Of a DNA stretch of 64,000 nt, positions 31,040 to 41,509 are shown piece after piece. Position 1 is the stretch's first letter; every line of letters begins with the position of its first letter. A program made the translations under genes and the position numbers. The notes below the pieces were generated by a model that saw only the letters and a program-made list of their open reading frames with translations, was not told the DNA's origin and ran no database searches. The stretch is from an uncultured delta proteobacterium. GTDB lineage: Bacteria; Desulfobacterota; Binatia; Binatales; Binataceae. The DNA lies in NCBI GenBank assembly GCA_963808235.1, contig CAWEEQ010000004.1, forward strand, positions 1,376,001 to 1,440,000. The letters run 5' to 3'.

Positions 31040-31753
31040 TCACGAGATTCCTTGTATCGGCGAAGCCCATCGCGAGAATACCTCATCCGCGATTCTCTCC
31101 AGCGCCGGCGCGAACTCCGATGCGTCCGCGATCATCTTGTCGGGCGCGATCTTCTCCCGCTCCAAATCCTTCGCGAACGCCTCCGCCATCGCGCCGACTC
31201 CATCTCCAGTCACTTCGAAATGAAACTGGAAGCCCCACACCTTGTCGCCGTAACGAAATGCCTGGCATGGCGTTTTCTCCGACGACGCGAGCGATACCGC
31301 GCCCTTCGGCAACTCAAAAATGTCGCCATGCCAATGAAACGGCGTCAGCGTCTCCGGCAAATCGCAGCATAGACGATCCTGCTTCGCAGCGGCCGCGAGG
31401 CGAATCCGATGCCATCCGATTTCCTTCCCATTCGGATTGCGCTCGACCTTTGCGTCCAGCGCAGCCGCCACAATCTGCGCGCCCAGGCATACGCCGAGCA
31501 CCGGCAGATTTCGCGTGATCGCATCGTTGATCAGCGCCATCTCCTCGCGCAGCCACGGATAACGCTCGGTCTGATAAACGCCCATCGGCCCGCCCATCAC
31601 GATCAAACCGCCCGCCCCCTTCATGTCGTGCGGCACCGCTTGACCCTTATCGACCCGCACGTATTGCCATGCGAGCGCCGCACCCTCGAGCGCGTCGGCA
31701 ATCGTGCCGAGATTTTCCACCGCGTGATGCTGCAGCACATAAACTTTCGCCAT
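31040..31753 (-). CDS. Class I glutamine amidotransferase-like protein
   Basis: MGGPM, GVCLGAQ, WHGD, FQFHFE. Confidence 0.9.
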   Translation of the reverse strand: MAKVYVLQHHAVENLGTIADALEGAALAWQYVRVDKGQAVPHDMKGAGGLIVMGGPMGVYQTERYPWLREEMALINDAITRNLPVLGVCLGAQIVAAALDAKVERNPNGKEIGWHRIRLAAAAKQDRLCCDLPETLTPFHWHGDIFELPKGAVSLASSEKTPCQAFRYGDKVWGFQFHFEVTGDGVGAMAEAFAKDLEREKIAPDKMIADASEFAPALERIADEVFSRWASPIQGIS

Positions 31754-31874
31754 TTGAGTGTCCCTTCAGAGACAGGATAGCTCACAAATGTGGTCTGGCA
31801 ACCATTTTACGATCGATCCGTCATCGATGCGCTGGCAATTTTCTCAGATTCATGGTTTGTCGTGACAGGGATTC

Positions 31875-32549
31875 ATGTACAGAGTCGCTGCTACGATTTC
31901 TTGCGGCGTGATTGTGCTAAGTCTGGCAGGGTGCACTACGGTCCATCGTTCCCTGGCGCCCCAGAATATTCCGCCGACCGCGGCGGGCGATACTGATAAG
32001 CTGCCGCTGACTGTCGCGGTGATTGCCGATCCCACGCTGACCTTCGACTATCCAAGACATCTGAGAGCATTCGTCGAAGTCCTGAACCCCGGCCTCGCCC
32101 AAACTTTGCAAAGCGCGCTGCGCGGAAGTTTTCAGAATGTGAGCGTCGTCGGGGCGGAAAAAGCCGCGAGCGGCGCCGACTTGCTCGCGACGCCAACCTT
32201 AAGTCTCTCCGATCCGATGAAGCTCACGGTCATTTTCGTCGAGGCAGGTTCACATCGACTTGTAGCGGAAGTCACATCTGAGCGTTCGTGCGACGGCAAC
32301 GCTCCCGGCGTCTATGCGCACCTCGGAACCGACCTGATGCTGTTTGCGGCGGTCATAGTTTTTCCGCCAGCCGACAGTATCGCCGCTCACGAAATCGACA
32401 AGCACGACGCCGATCGCTTCAACGCGAGCTTCGCACCCGCCGTCGCAAAGATGGCCGGTGATATCGCCTACAAGGTGTCGCAAGATCGGAATCTGCAATC
32501 ATTCGCCACCCCTCCCCAGCAGTACGTCGGCACCCCGGACACTCTGTAA
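31875..32549 (+). CDS. Hypothetical lipoprotein
   Basis: Lipobox LAGC after a hydrophobic N-terminus. Confidence 0.7.
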   Translation: MYRVAATISCGVIVLSLAGCTTVHRSLAPQNIPPTAAGDTDKLPLTVAVIADPTLTFDYPRHLRAFVEVLNPGLAQTLQSALRGSFQNVSVVGAEKAASGADLLATPTLSLSDPMKLTVIFVEAGSHRLVAEVTSERSCDGNAPGVYAHLGTDLMLFAAVIVFPPADSIAAHEIDKHDADRFNASFAPAVAKMAGDIAYKVSQDRNLQSFATPPQQYVGTPDTL

Positions 32550-32564
32550 ACTTCGGCGGAGTGC

Positions 32565-33626
32565 TTAGAGCAGCGTGCCGGCACGCTTGCGCCCGAGATG
32601 CGCATACGCGCGCTGCGTCGCGACCCGTCCGCGCGAAGTCCGCGCGATAAACCCCTCCTGCAGCATGTACGGCTCGTATACTTCCTCGATCGTGTCGGAT
32701 TCCTCGCCCACCGCCGCGGCCAGGCTCTCAACTCCGACCGGCCCGCCGTCGAACTTGTCGATAATCGCGCCGAGGATCGACCGATCCATCTTGTCGAATC
32801 CCGCCGTATCAATTTCAAGGAGATCGAGCGCCGCCAGCGCGATCTCGCGCGTGACGACCGCCGCCTCGTTCACCTGCGCGAAGTCGCGCACCCGCCGCAG
32901 GAGCCGGTTTGCGATTCGCGGCGTTCCGCGTGAGCGCGACGCCAGCTCCTCCGCGCCGCTTTCGTCGATCGCAACTTTCAACAGCGTGGCCGATCGGCGA
33001 ACGATCTCCGTCAACTCGGCGCGATCGTAAAAATCCAGATGGTAATGCTGCCCGAAACGGTCCCGCAGCGGCGAACTGAGCAGTCCCGAACGCGTCGTCG
33101 CGCCGACCAGCGTGAACGGATTGACCGAGAGCTTCATCGTGCGCGCGCCCATCCCCTCGCCCACCACGATGTGAAATTCGAAATCCTCCATCGCCGAGTA
33201 GAGCCGTTCCTCGACCACGCGCTGCAGGCGATGAATCTCGTCGATAAACAGCACGTCATGCTGTTCGAGATTATTTACGATTGCCGCGAGATCCGCCGCG
33301 CGCTCGATCGCGGGTCCCGAGGTCACGTGCACGTTCACCCCGAGCTCACGCGCGATAATATGCGCGAGCGAAGTCTTGCCGAGTCCCGGCGGTCCCGAGA
33401 ACAGCACGTGATCGAGCACTTCGGCACGTCCACGCGCCGCCTTTATCGACATGCCAAGGATTTTCTTGGTGCGCTCCTGCCCGACGAACTCCGCGAGCGC
33501 TCGCGGCCGCAGCGCAAGGTCGAGCTTGCGATCTTCTTCGACGCCGACCCGCGCCGTCACCCGTCCTTCGAGCTTGACCGGCGGCATCGCCGCGTCGAGA
33601 TCCGCTTCAGGCTTACTTTTCGCCAA
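32565..33626 (-). CDS. ruvB: Holliday junction branch migration helicase
   Basis: [27 protein letters not shown]. Confidence 0.98.
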   Translation of the reverse strand: MAKSKPEADLDAAMPPVKLEGRVTARVGVEEDRKLDLALRPRALAEFVGQERTKKILGMSIKAARGRAEVLDHVLFSGPPGLGKTSLAHIIARELGVNVHVTSGPAIERAADLAAIVNNLEQHDVLFIDEIHRLQRVVEERLYSAMEDFEFHIVVGEGMGARTMKLSVNPFTLVGATTRSGLLSSPLRDRFGQHYHLDFYDRAELTEIVRRSATLLKVAIDESGAEELASRSRGTPRIANRLLRRVRDFAQVNEAAVVTREIALAALDLLEIDTAGFDKMDRSILGAIIDKFDGGPVGVESLAAAVGEESDTIEEVYEPYMLQEGFIARTSRGRVATQRAYAHLGRKRAGTLL

Positions 33627-34248
33627 GCAGCACCGCCAATGACTTGCGAATTATCAGTTCCGAATTGTCGGCCGCGGCGCTGTCTTGCGCGATCACGGCC
33701 TCCGCCACCCGCTTTGCTTCCGCCGGTTTCATCCCAAGGTTAACCAGTGCCGATATGGCTTCGTCGAGCGGACCCGCCGGGACACTGTTTGTCGCCGCGA
33801 CAGCCGCGCCGTTGGAACTCGAAGGCAGTGGTGCGGCGAGTTTCAAGTCGGCGGCCTTATCGCGCAGCTCACGAACCACGCGCTCGGCGACCTTGGGCCC
33901 GACCCCGGGCACCGCGTCGATTCGCTCGACATCGCCCTTCAAGATTGCCGCGACCAGTTCTTCCGGCGCGAGGATCGACAGTATGGCGAGCGCGAGTTTA
34001 GGCCCGACGTGTTGCACGCTCATCAGAAGATCGAAGGCGCGCTTTTCGATGATGCTCGAAAATCCGTAAAGCGTGATCGCGTCCTCACGCACCACCTGCC
34101 GTATCTCGAGCGCGACGCGGTCGCCGAGCTGAGCGAGCCGGTAGTAGGTGCTGAGCGGTATCAGCACTTCGTAGCCGACCCCGCCGGTCTCGACCACGAT
34201 TCGGCCCGCGTCGCGAACCGTCAGTATCCCGTTTATCGACGCGATCAT
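33613..34248 (-). CDS. ruvA: Holliday junction branch migration protein
   Basis: [23 protein letters not shown], HhH motifs VGPK. Confidence 0.96.
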   Translation of the reverse strand: MIASINGILTVRDAGRIVVETGGVGYEVLIPLSTYYRLAQLGDRVALEIRQVVREDAITLYGFSSIIEKRAFDLLMSVQHVGPKLALAILSILAPEELVAAILKGDVERIDAVPGVGPKVAERVVRELRDKAADLKLAAPLPSSSNGAAVAATNSVPAGPLDEAISALVNLGMKPAEAKRVAEAVIAQDSAAADNSELIIRKSLAVLLGEK

Positions 34249-34790
34249 TGCGGTGCGAGCCTCGGCTTCGATGGTCGCGCCGCGGGTGCGCGCTCGATCG
34301 CCTCGACCAGGTTGGGCAAGCGTCCGCGACCGAGATGGCATAGTGCGATCGCCAGCGCATCCGCCGCATCGTCGGCGAGCTCCGTCGCCGCGTCGAGTCG
34401 AAGCACTTTGCGCACCATGTACTTCACCTGCGCCTTGTCGGCATGCCCATGGCCCGCGACGCACAGCTTCACTTCATTTGGCGGATACTCGAACAGCGGC
34501 ATCTCGCGCTCAGCGGCCGCGAGCATCGCCATTGCGCGGGCCTCGCCGATTCGAAACGCACTCTGAACGTTGATCGCGACGAAGTGGCGCTCGAGACTGA
34601 GCGCGTCCGGGATGTACTCGTCGATTATTGAAAGTAGCGTTTCGTGAATCAGCCGGAGCCGGCGCGGACCCTGCGGGAGCGACCCGCTCCGAATCGTGCC
34701 CGCGACGACGAAACTGCCGGCGCCGGGGCGGCCTTCGACCACACCGTACCCGCACACCGCACTGCCCGGGTCCACCCCGAGTATCCGCAT
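34245..34790 (-). CDS. ruvC: Crossover junction endodeoxyribonuclease
   Basis: ILGVDPG, GHADKAQV, DDAADALAIALCH. Confidence 0.96.
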   Translation of the reverse strand: MRILGVDPGSAVCGYGVVEGRPGAGSFVVAGTIRSGSLPQGPRRLRLIHETLLSIIDEYIPDALSLERHFVAINVQSAFRIGEARAMAMLAAAEREMPLFEYPPNEVKLCVAGHGHADKAQVKYMVRKVLRLDAATELADDAADALAIALCHLGRGRLPNLVEAIERAPAARPSKPRLAPQ

Positions 34791-34837
34791 ACCCCACCTC
34801 CGCAGATCCGTAAAACCGTAAAAAACGCGCGCCGCGA

Positions 34838-35590
34838 TCACGCCGCCGAGAACTGCGCTATCTCATCGTCGCTGATATCGAAGTTCGCGGCGACGCCTTG
34901 CACGTCGTCATGATCCTCCAGCTCTTCCATCAGCTTGAGCACTTGCTCCGCCGCATGGCCGGAGACCGCGACCGTATTTTCGGGAATCCGTGTAACTTCC
35001 GAATGCGCGATCGCAAGGCCGGCTTTTTCAAGAGCCTCGCGGACCGCGTGAAATTTGTCCGGCGAGGTCAGCACCTGGAAAGTTTCGCCGTCGCTGGTAA
35101 CGTCGTCGGCGCCCGCGTCGAGCGCCAGTTCGAGCAGCTTGTCCTCGTCGATTGCGGATTTCTCAATTCCGATCACGCCGCGCTTTTTAAACATCCAGCC
35201 GACGCATCCCGACTCGCCGAGATTTCCGCCGCGCCGCGAAAAGATAAACCGCAACTCCGCGACCGTGCGATTGCGATTGTCCGACAATACGTCGACCATT
35301 ATCGCAACGCCGCCCGCGCCGTAGCCCTCGTAGGTAATTTCGTCGAGTGTCGCGCCGCCCAGTTCTCCGGTGCCTTTCTTGATCGCGCGATCGATATTGT
35401 CGTTCGGCATCGATTGCTTTTTCGCAACCGTCACCGCCGTGCGCAAGCGTGGATTGGAGTTGAGGTCGCCGCCGCCCAGGCGCGCCGCAATCGTGATTTC
35501 CTTGATCAGCTTGGTGAAGACGCGCCCGCGCTTGGAGTCGGTAATCGCCTTCTTATGCTTGATCGAACTCCATTTGGAATGACCCGACAT
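34838..35590 (-). CDS. yebC: YebC/PmpR family protein
   Basis: [29 protein letters not shown]. Confidence 0.96.
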   Translation of the reverse strand: MSGHSKWSSIKHKKAITDSKRGRVFTKLIKEITIAARLGGGDLNSNPRLRTAVTVAKKQSMPNDNIDRAIKKGTGELGGATLDEITYEGYGAGGVAIMVDVLSDNRNRTVAELRFIFSRRGGNLGESGCVGWMFKKRGVIGIEKSAIDEDKLLELALDAGADDVTSDGETFQVLTSPDKFHAVREALEKAGLAIAHSEVTRIPENTVAVSGHAAEQVLKLMEELEDHDDVQGVAANFDISDDEIAQFSAA

Positions 35591-35705
35591 AAGCCGGAGA
35601 TTATCATAAAGTTTCGCCCAAGTGGGAATACCGCCGACACGCCCGCTCAAAGGTTTCACATTTTTTCTGCTATCATTCCCCGCCAAGTGACTTGAGCCCC
35701 GCCAG

Positions 35706-36416
35706 GTGACTTGGGCGCATTCGACTATGTTTTCGGCAATGGACGTGATTTTCGCGATGCTGGCGACGTTCCTCGCCGCCGGATGCATCTATCCGCCCGC
35801 GACGCAGCCGCCTCCCGACGTCAAGCAGCAAGTGGTGATCCCCCTGCCCTACGACCTTGCCTGGGACGCAGTGAACCACGTCATCGCGCAAAACTCTCTG
35901 CGCGTTCAGGCAACGGATTCCAACGCCGGGATCATCGAGACGGTCGGTCCACGCTTCACCCTGCACGACGCCGATTGCGGCCGAATCAAGAGCGTCGTCG
36001 GCACCTACGCGGCCGAGCCGGAGCAGAACGCCTCCACGGTATTCACCTTCGGTGTTCACCCGCGCGGCCCCGAAGCGAGCATCGTGCAGGTGCTGGCGAC
36101 GTTCAATTCGCCGGTCAAGGTGCCGCTCCGTCCCGCGACCAACGTCGATTGCGTGTCGTACGGAATCCAGGAGTCAAACCTGCTCCGCCAGGTCTTAGCG
36201 CAAGCAACCCAGACCCATCGCCCGGTTTTCAACAAACCGGCAAATCCGCAGGCGGCAAAGACGCCGCCAAATCCCGCCGCCAGCCGCGCCACGATCGAAA
36301 GGAACGGCGCGCCAGCTCCCGAGCCGCCCTCGATGTCTGGATTCTCGATCGGCGGCGGGCGCGCAACACTCGTGCATCCCGACTTTCCTCCCCTGCCCGC
36401 ACCGTCAGCGCCTTGA
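35706..36416 (+). CDS. Hypothetical lipoprotein with Pro/Ala-rich tail (start uncertain)
   Basis: LAAGC lipobox-like; YDLAWDAV...GIIET is BamC-like. Confidence 0.7.
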   Translation: MTWAHSTMFSAMDVIFAMLATFLAAGCIYPPATQPPPDVKQQVVIPLPYDLAWDAVNHVIAQNSLRVQATDSNAGIIETVGPRFTLHDADCGRIKSVVGTYAAEPEQNASTVFTFGVHPRGPEASIVQVLATFNSPVKVPLRPATNVDCVSYGIQESNLLRQVLAQATQTHRPVFNKPANPQAAKTPPNPAASRATIERNGAPAPEPPSMSGFSIGGGRATLVHPDFPPLPAPSAP

Positions 36417-36615
36417 GGTGACCCGCACATGACATGAAGTCGGCATTCGCAACTACCTGTATCAAGGCATTGCGCTATGGCTGGCGCATTGATAACCGGG
36501 AGTGTACGGAACGCTCTTGTTTCGATGCGCGCGCTGATTCCACGGCGATTTCATCTTCCGCGCGCAAAATCCAGTCGTCTGACGATTGCAAAACTTTAAG
36601 GGAGGACGAGAAACG

Positions 36616-37341
36616 ATGCCGCAAATTGCCGTCATTAACGAATCAACCGAGAACTCGGCCAAATTCTCCGATGCGCTGCTGAAGGCGATGCTGCCCGCCT
36701 TCACGCAACAGTGGAACCAGGACCTCCAGCCAGTCTGGGGCGTCGATACCGCGAACTTCATCTTCAATGCCAAGGGTCAGAAGCCTGCGGCTGGCGCCTG
36801 GTGGGCGGTATTCCTTGACAACAGCGATCAGGCGCGCGCGCTTGCCTATCACGATTTGACCAACGAGGGTCTGCCGATTTCCAAGATCTTTGTGAAAACC
36901 ATTCTCGCTTCCAATACCAGCATCAGCGTCGGCGCGACTCACGAACTGTGCGAGATGGCGGTGGATCCATGGCTCAACAGCGCCTATCAGGATCCGAAGG
37001 GCGTGTTTTGGGCGGGCGAGGTCTGCGACCCGGTCGAGGACGACCAGTATGGCTACGAGATCGGCGGCATTCTGGTGACCGACTTCGTAACCCCGAACTG
37101 GTTCGCACATGAGCATCCAAAGGGTGCGATTGACTTCAGGGGCCACGCGCATGCCGCATTCGATGTACTGACCGGCGGCTACGCGCAGTACTTCGATGCG
37201 AACAAAGGATGGCAGCAAATTACCGGCGCCAAAGCCAAATTGAGCGCCCGCGCAACGCCCGATAAAGGTTCGCGCAGAGAGCGGCGCGCACGCAGGTTTG
37301 AGCGTCCCCAGACGTGGGAGCTCAGCAAGAAGGTCTGGTAG
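36616..37341 (+). CDS. Conserved hypothetical protein with AYH and HELCE motifs (possible metalloenzyme)
   Basis: GGAGGA Shine-Dalgarno; LAYHD...THELCEMAVDP...EVCDPVE. Confidence 0.8.
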   Translation: MPQIAVINESTENSAKFSDALLKAMLPAFTQQWNQDLQPVWGVDTANFIFNAKGQKPAAGAWWAVFLDNSDQARALAYHDLTNEGLPISKIFVKTILASNTSISVGATHELCEMAVDPWLNSAYQDPKGVFWAGEVCDPVEDDQYGYEIGGILVTDFVTPNWFAHEHPKGAIDFRGHAHAAFDVLTGGYAQYFDANKGWQQITGAKAKLSARATPDKGSRRERRARRFERPQTWELSKKVW

Positions 37342-37432
37342 GGCCGGACCAGCAGGATTTTTGCGGGTCCGTTTCTCTCGGCAACGAGGGAAGCGGACCC
37401 CGCTGCCCGTAATTACCGACCGCAGACCGGAC

Positions 37433-38008
37433 TCAGGACTGCGCGCACGCGCCCAGGCCAAGGTACCGTCGCAGAACAGCTTCGAGCTTCTCCTGCGTCA
37501 GTGCCTGAGCGGCCGCGCCATTACTGCCGCTGCTGCCATTGGCGCCGTTGCTGCCATTGGTGCCATTGGCGCCGTTGACCCGGTGACGACGTTTGCCTTC
37601 GTGGCTCATCAACCTGGGTCCCCAGCCGGGAAACGGGATTCTCCAACTTGACAGTCCCTCTCCCGAGCCGCTCCATAAGAGCGCCGTCCGATGCCCCATT
37701 ACGGCTCCTCCATGGATTCTCATCCGCGACATTCCGGCCGGCTCGATAGTCACCGGTTGGCTGATCAAGTGCCGGAACTTTGTCATACGAACGATTGAGA
37801 GCGTTGGCATCGAGAGCTCGCCGCCCAACTTCAACGTTCCCCTCGTGACGGTGACGGCCTGTACCTCGATCGCCTCAGCGAGCATCGCCTCGATAGTGTT
37901 CAGCAGAGCATCTACCGCTTTACTCCATTCTAGTTGTCGGAGTTTGATACTCTCAGTAGCAGCCTCGTCTTCCTGCTTCTGCTTGATTAGGTCATCGCTG
38001 AGGCTCAT
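37433..38008 (-). CDS. Hypothetical protein with (G-x-N) triplet repeat
   Basis: 191-aa ORF; NGANGTNGSNGANGSSGSNG. Confidence 0.65.
   Translation of the reverse strand: MSLSDDLIKQKQEDEAATESIKLRQLEWSKAVDALLNTIEAMLAEAIEVQAVTVTRGTLKLGGELSMPTLSIVRMTKFRHLISQPVTIEPAGMSRMRIHGGAVMGHRTALLWSGSGEGLSSWRIPFPGWGPRLMSHEGKRRHRVNGANGTNGSNGANGSSGSNGAAAQALTQEKLEAVLRRYLGLGACAQS
37516..37578. repeat. 9-bp tandem repeat within CDS
   Basis: About 7 degenerate units of gcc(a/g)ttg(g/c)(t/c). Confidence 0.7.
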
Positions 38009-38377
38009 TTCGCCACCCCTAAGAGTGAGGTAGGTAACGTAGCATGTATCTAGCTATATCTTGCAAGGATAAAGTCTACCATCTTCCTTGCTCGCCCGCC
38101 CATGTGCCCTGCGTTACAAACCACATCCCACTCCCCTAAACGGCAACCACGCGCCCATAACGTCACGAATCGCCCATTTCCCCCCTAGTCATATGCGTTC
38201 TAAATGCCGCCGCCGCTATCTATTGAGTTTGACATCTCCCAGCCCAGAGCGCGGATCCCCACGCCCCGCTATCCGATCAGCGCCCAAACGCGAAAGTTGA
38301 AGTAACCCGCCGGACCAAACACACCACCCCACCTATCCCAACGCCAGACCCGCAATGGAATCCGACCTACTCCCCCT

Positions 38378-38397
38378 ATAGCTAAGTCAGTAGCTAT
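38378..38397. promoter_or_regulatory. Inverted repeat, candidate operator
   Basis: ATAGCTA-AGTCAG-TAGCTAT; an extra TAGCTAT at 38051. Confidence 0.4.
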
Positions 38398-38555
38398 TTC
38401 CGCCTAAGTGGATGAATTCGCAAGGAGTAAGTTAGCGCACAAATCTGCGGCCGATGAGTGAGGGTTCTGGCCTTGACATTTTTCCGGTCCGGGATGAAAC
38501 CGGGGATGCATATCGGAAGCCGGTCTTTATCAACCTCAAATGCCGGAGGCATCCA

Positions 38556-39638
38556 ATGAAAGGTCGCGTCGCGTTTATTCCCGGCCCGCACAAAATCGAA
38601 TTCCACGAATACGAAGTTCCCGCACCGCTCGCAGGCGGCCTGATCGCCGCCGTCTCGCAGACCAACGTATGCGGCTCCGAAGTGCATATGTGGAAGGGTG
38701 AGTTCGGACGCCGCGGCGTGATGCCCGGTCACGAGATGAGCGGCCGCATCGAGGCGCTCGGCGATGGTCTCCGCGCCGATTGGGCCGGCGTGCCGGTCAA
38801 GGAGGGCGACCGAATCGCGCCGGTTTACTACACCGTATGCAATCGATGCGCGAACTGCGTGGCCGGCAATCATGCCGCATGCACCGCCAAAGTCGTCGGC
38901 GCGCGGCATCCCGACGAGCCCCCGCACTTCACCGCCACCTTCGCGTCGCATTACTTCGTAAAACCCGAGCAACATTTTTATCGCGTCCCTGACAATGTGC
39001 CCGATTCGATCGCATCGTCGGCCAACTGCGCGATGTCGCAGGTGTACTGGAGTCTCGACCGCGCGCGGCTTGCCTACGGCGAGAAGCTCCTGGTGCTGGG
39101 CGCGGGCGGACTCGGCTTGCATGCGATGGCAATAGCGAAGGCTCGCGGCGCGCAGGTCTTCGCGATCGACGGCGTCGATCAGCGCCTGCGCGAGGCCCGC
39201 CGCTTCGGCGCCGACGAAACTATCGATATGCGCGAGCACCCCGACTTCGAGTCGCGTGACAAGCGCGTGCGCGAGCTTTGCCACGGATGGCCCGACGTGG
39301 TGCTCGAGGTCGCCGGCGTGCCCGAGGCGTTCATGGAAGCACTCAAGATGGTCCGCGTCGGCGGACGCGTAATCGAAGTCGGAAACATTTCGTCGGGCTT
39401 GACGATCCAGTTGCCGCCCTCGCTTATCACCTTCAAGTCGCTGCAGATTACCGGGGTCGCGACCTATCCGCCGCACTACCTGAAAAAATCGCTCGATTTT
39501 TTAAGCGAGCACATCGATCGATTTCCGTATCGGCAGATGTGCGACGCGACTTTTCCCCTCTCGCGCGCGGCGGAAGCACTCGACAAGAGCGAGCGCCGCG
39601 AGATTACTCGCGCAGGACTATTGCCGGATCGTTACTGA
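38556..39638 (+). CDS. Zinc-binding medium-chain alcohol dehydrogenase
   Basis: CGSEVH, GHEMSG, CNRCANC...C, GAGGLG. Confidence 0.93.
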   Translation: MKGRVAFIPGPHKIEFHEYEVPAPLAGGLIAAVSQTNVCGSEVHMWKGEFGRRGVMPGHEMSGRIEALGDGLRADWAGVPVKEGDRIAPVYYTVCNRCANCVAGNHAACTAKVVGARHPDEPPHFTATFASHYFVKPEQHFYRVPDNVPDSIASSANCAMSQVYWSLDRARLAYGEKLLVLGAGGLGLHAMAIAKARGAQVFAIDGVDQRLREARRFGADETIDMREHPDFESRDKRVRELCHGWPDVVLEVAGVPEAFMEALKMVRVGGRVIEVGNISSGLTIQLPPSLITFKSLQITGVATYPPHYLKKSLDFLSEHIDRFPYRQMCDATFPLSRAAEALDKSERREITRAGLLPDRY

Positions 39639-39645
39639 GCGGCGC

Positions 39646-40428
39646 ATGGAGATCCGCGTGTGGCTGCGCAGCTCATATCGGAAGATTGTCATCGTCCAGG
39701 TTGTGGTGGTTCTCGCTTTGCTGGTCGCGATGTATCGCCGTACCAACGGCGATGCTGCACATACGATGCTCGCCTTGGCGATGGTGTTCGCCACGATTTT
39801 CCTGCTTTTCAGCACTCGACGAGAGCCTTTGGATCCGCGTCCGCTCGATGCATCTTCCAGCCCGATCGACACCAAAGTGCACGAGCTGCTCCAGGGCGCC
39901 CCCGAAGACCTCCGCGGCGCCTCAGATCAGGATTTGAGCCCTACGCAAGAACCTGCGCAGGGCTCCGGCCTCACGAACCCGGAGTCCCTTGTGCCCGAGG
40001 GCGCGAAGCGGGTTTACGATTTGAAGGATCTTCCGCCCGAAGTGGCCGCAGACCCTGAAGTCCAGAAACTGTTGCAGATGGCCGGCGCGCGCGCATGGGT
40101 GAAAGTCACCCGTCGCGACAAATCCGCAAATTCAGGATTCGCCGGCGACGCGGAATCCGGCCCGGAAACAACGAAGATAAGCGTCAGCATCAAGCGGTCC
40201 GGACATCCAATGCAGATGGGCACGACGGAGGAGACGAGCGAGCTTCCGCCCGAACTCGATTCCAGCGACCCTGAGCAATTGGCGCGTTGGGTCAAATCGC
40301 AAGAGATGCGGTCATCCGATGCGCGCGGCGCGACCCCGCCGGCGAAGGCGTTCCTCCGGCTGATCGTGGTCTTCACCGCGATCGCCGTAGCAGTTGTCGG
40401 TTTGTGGATGCTCTACTTCAACAATTGA
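39646..40428 (+). CDS. Hypothetical membrane protein
   Basis: Two N-terminal and one C-terminal TM segments with an acidic linker. Confidence 0.65.
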   Translation: MEIRVWLRSSYRKIVIVQVVVVLALLVAMYRRTNGDAAHTMLALAMVFATIFLLFSTRREPLDPRPLDASSSPIDTKVHELLQGAPEDLRGASDQDLSPTQEPAQGSGLTNPESLVPEGAKRVYDLKDLPPEVAADPEVQKLLQMAGARAWVKVTRRDKSANSGFAGDAESGPETTKISVSIKRSGHPMQMGTTEETSELPPELDSSDPEQLARWVKSQEMRSSDARGATPPAKAFLRLIVVFTAIAVAVVGLWMLYFNN

Positions 40429-40432
40429 AACT

Positions 40433-40473
40433 GCGCGCGGGACTGCTGCCGGGTCGCAGCTAGCCCCGCGCGC
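40433..40473. terminator. GC-rich hairpin between convergent genes
   Basis: gcgcgcggg...cccgcgcgc with an inner ctgc/gcag stem; no clear U-tract. Confidence 0.4.
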
Positions 40474-40518
40474 GCGTCATTACCCAAGTCCGTCTGCGAT
40501 GGGAATCGCGAACTGTAA

Positions 40519-41361
40519 TCATTCTCCGGCCGGCTCCGGCGCGAACCAGGTCACGCTTCCGCTGCCGTCTTTCACGACTAAGCCGCCGCCGTCAGCGCTC
40601 GAGTACCCCGCGTCGAGGCGATCTTGTCCCGTCGCGTCCAGCGCGATCATTCCGCCCGCAGAACCGTCGCCCGCTCCGCCGAGCGCGAGTTGCGGCTTGC
40701 CGGTAGCGTCGAAGGTGACCGATCCGGCTTTGCTGCCATCAGGCGCGACGCCCGCCACATAGCGCGTCACGTTGTTCGAATCGTTCGCAAAAAAGCCCGA
40801 CCCGTTGGCGGCGTTTCCGAAACCGGCCCGCGCGAACCCACTGCCGTCCAGCGCAAACGATCCCGCGCCACTGCCGTCCGCGTTGACGCCGCTGGTCAGC
40901 GCCGGCTTTCCGTCGCCATTGAACGCGACTAGCCCCGCGCCTTGACTGCTGATTCCGACCGCCGCTCGCGGAACTCCCTTCCCAGGCAGGACCAGGTTCC
41001 CGTCGTATAGCGCCAGACCCGCGTTCGCATTGCTCCCGCTCCCACTGGCGCCCAGCGCGAGCAGCCACTTCCCGGTTCCATCGAGGAATACCAGCCCGGC
41101 ACCGTTGCCGCTGGTACCGAGCACCGCGACGATCTGCCCGCTTCCGTTCACCAGGTTGACCTGTTGAGCGCTGACAGTTCCTGCGGTGATCGTTCCGGCG
41201 TCGAGTGTCGCCATCTTCTTCACCGTCTTCGCCAGCAACTGCGGTGTCGAGGTCATCGCGGCCATCGCAAGCACCGCGCCCGCAACGATCATCTTCATCA
41301 CCCGATTGCCCTTCTCGAGCCGCGCGACTCGTTCGGTCAAAGCACAGATCTGACTGTCCAT
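40519..41361 (-). CDS. Exported Gly-rich beta-repeat protein
   Basis: Coiled coil plus TM/signal, then about 8 repeats of G-x-x-x-x-D-x-x-G-K-x-x-x-x-x-G; ends WFAP. Confidence 0.75.
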   Translation of the reverse strand: MDSQICALTERVARLEKGNRVMKMIVAGAVLAMAAMTSTPQLLAKTVKKMATLDAGTITAGTVSAQQVNLVNGSGQIVAVLGTSGNGAGLVFLDGTGKWLLALGASGSGSNANAGLALYDGNLVLPGKGVPRAAVGISSQGAGLVAFNGDGKPALTSGVNADGSGAGSFALDGSGFARAGFGNAANGSGFFANDSNNVTRYVAGVAPDGSKAGSVTFDATGKPQLALGGAGDGSAGGMIALDATGQDRLDAGYSSADGGGLVVKDGSGSVTWFAPEPAGE

Positions 41362-41509
41362 TGAGGTCCCCTCCAGTTATTTCCCGGGCAGCGCGCTGAA
41401 CGTTGAACGCTCAAGATCGCTGCCCCAGTTGAGTCCAGAAAACCAGGCGCCGCTAGAACGCCGCTAAACTAGTCATGATCCACGCAAATTTCCAAGCGAG
41501 GTGCCGCTA

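Noticed and set aside
31796-31810. Sigma54-like sequence TGGCAACCATTTTAC
   Set aside because: Lacks the essential GC at -12.
38010-38555. Possible replication origin or tRNA in the long intergenic region
   Set aside because: No DnaA boxes, no neighbouring dnaA/par genes and no tRNA-like T-loop seen.
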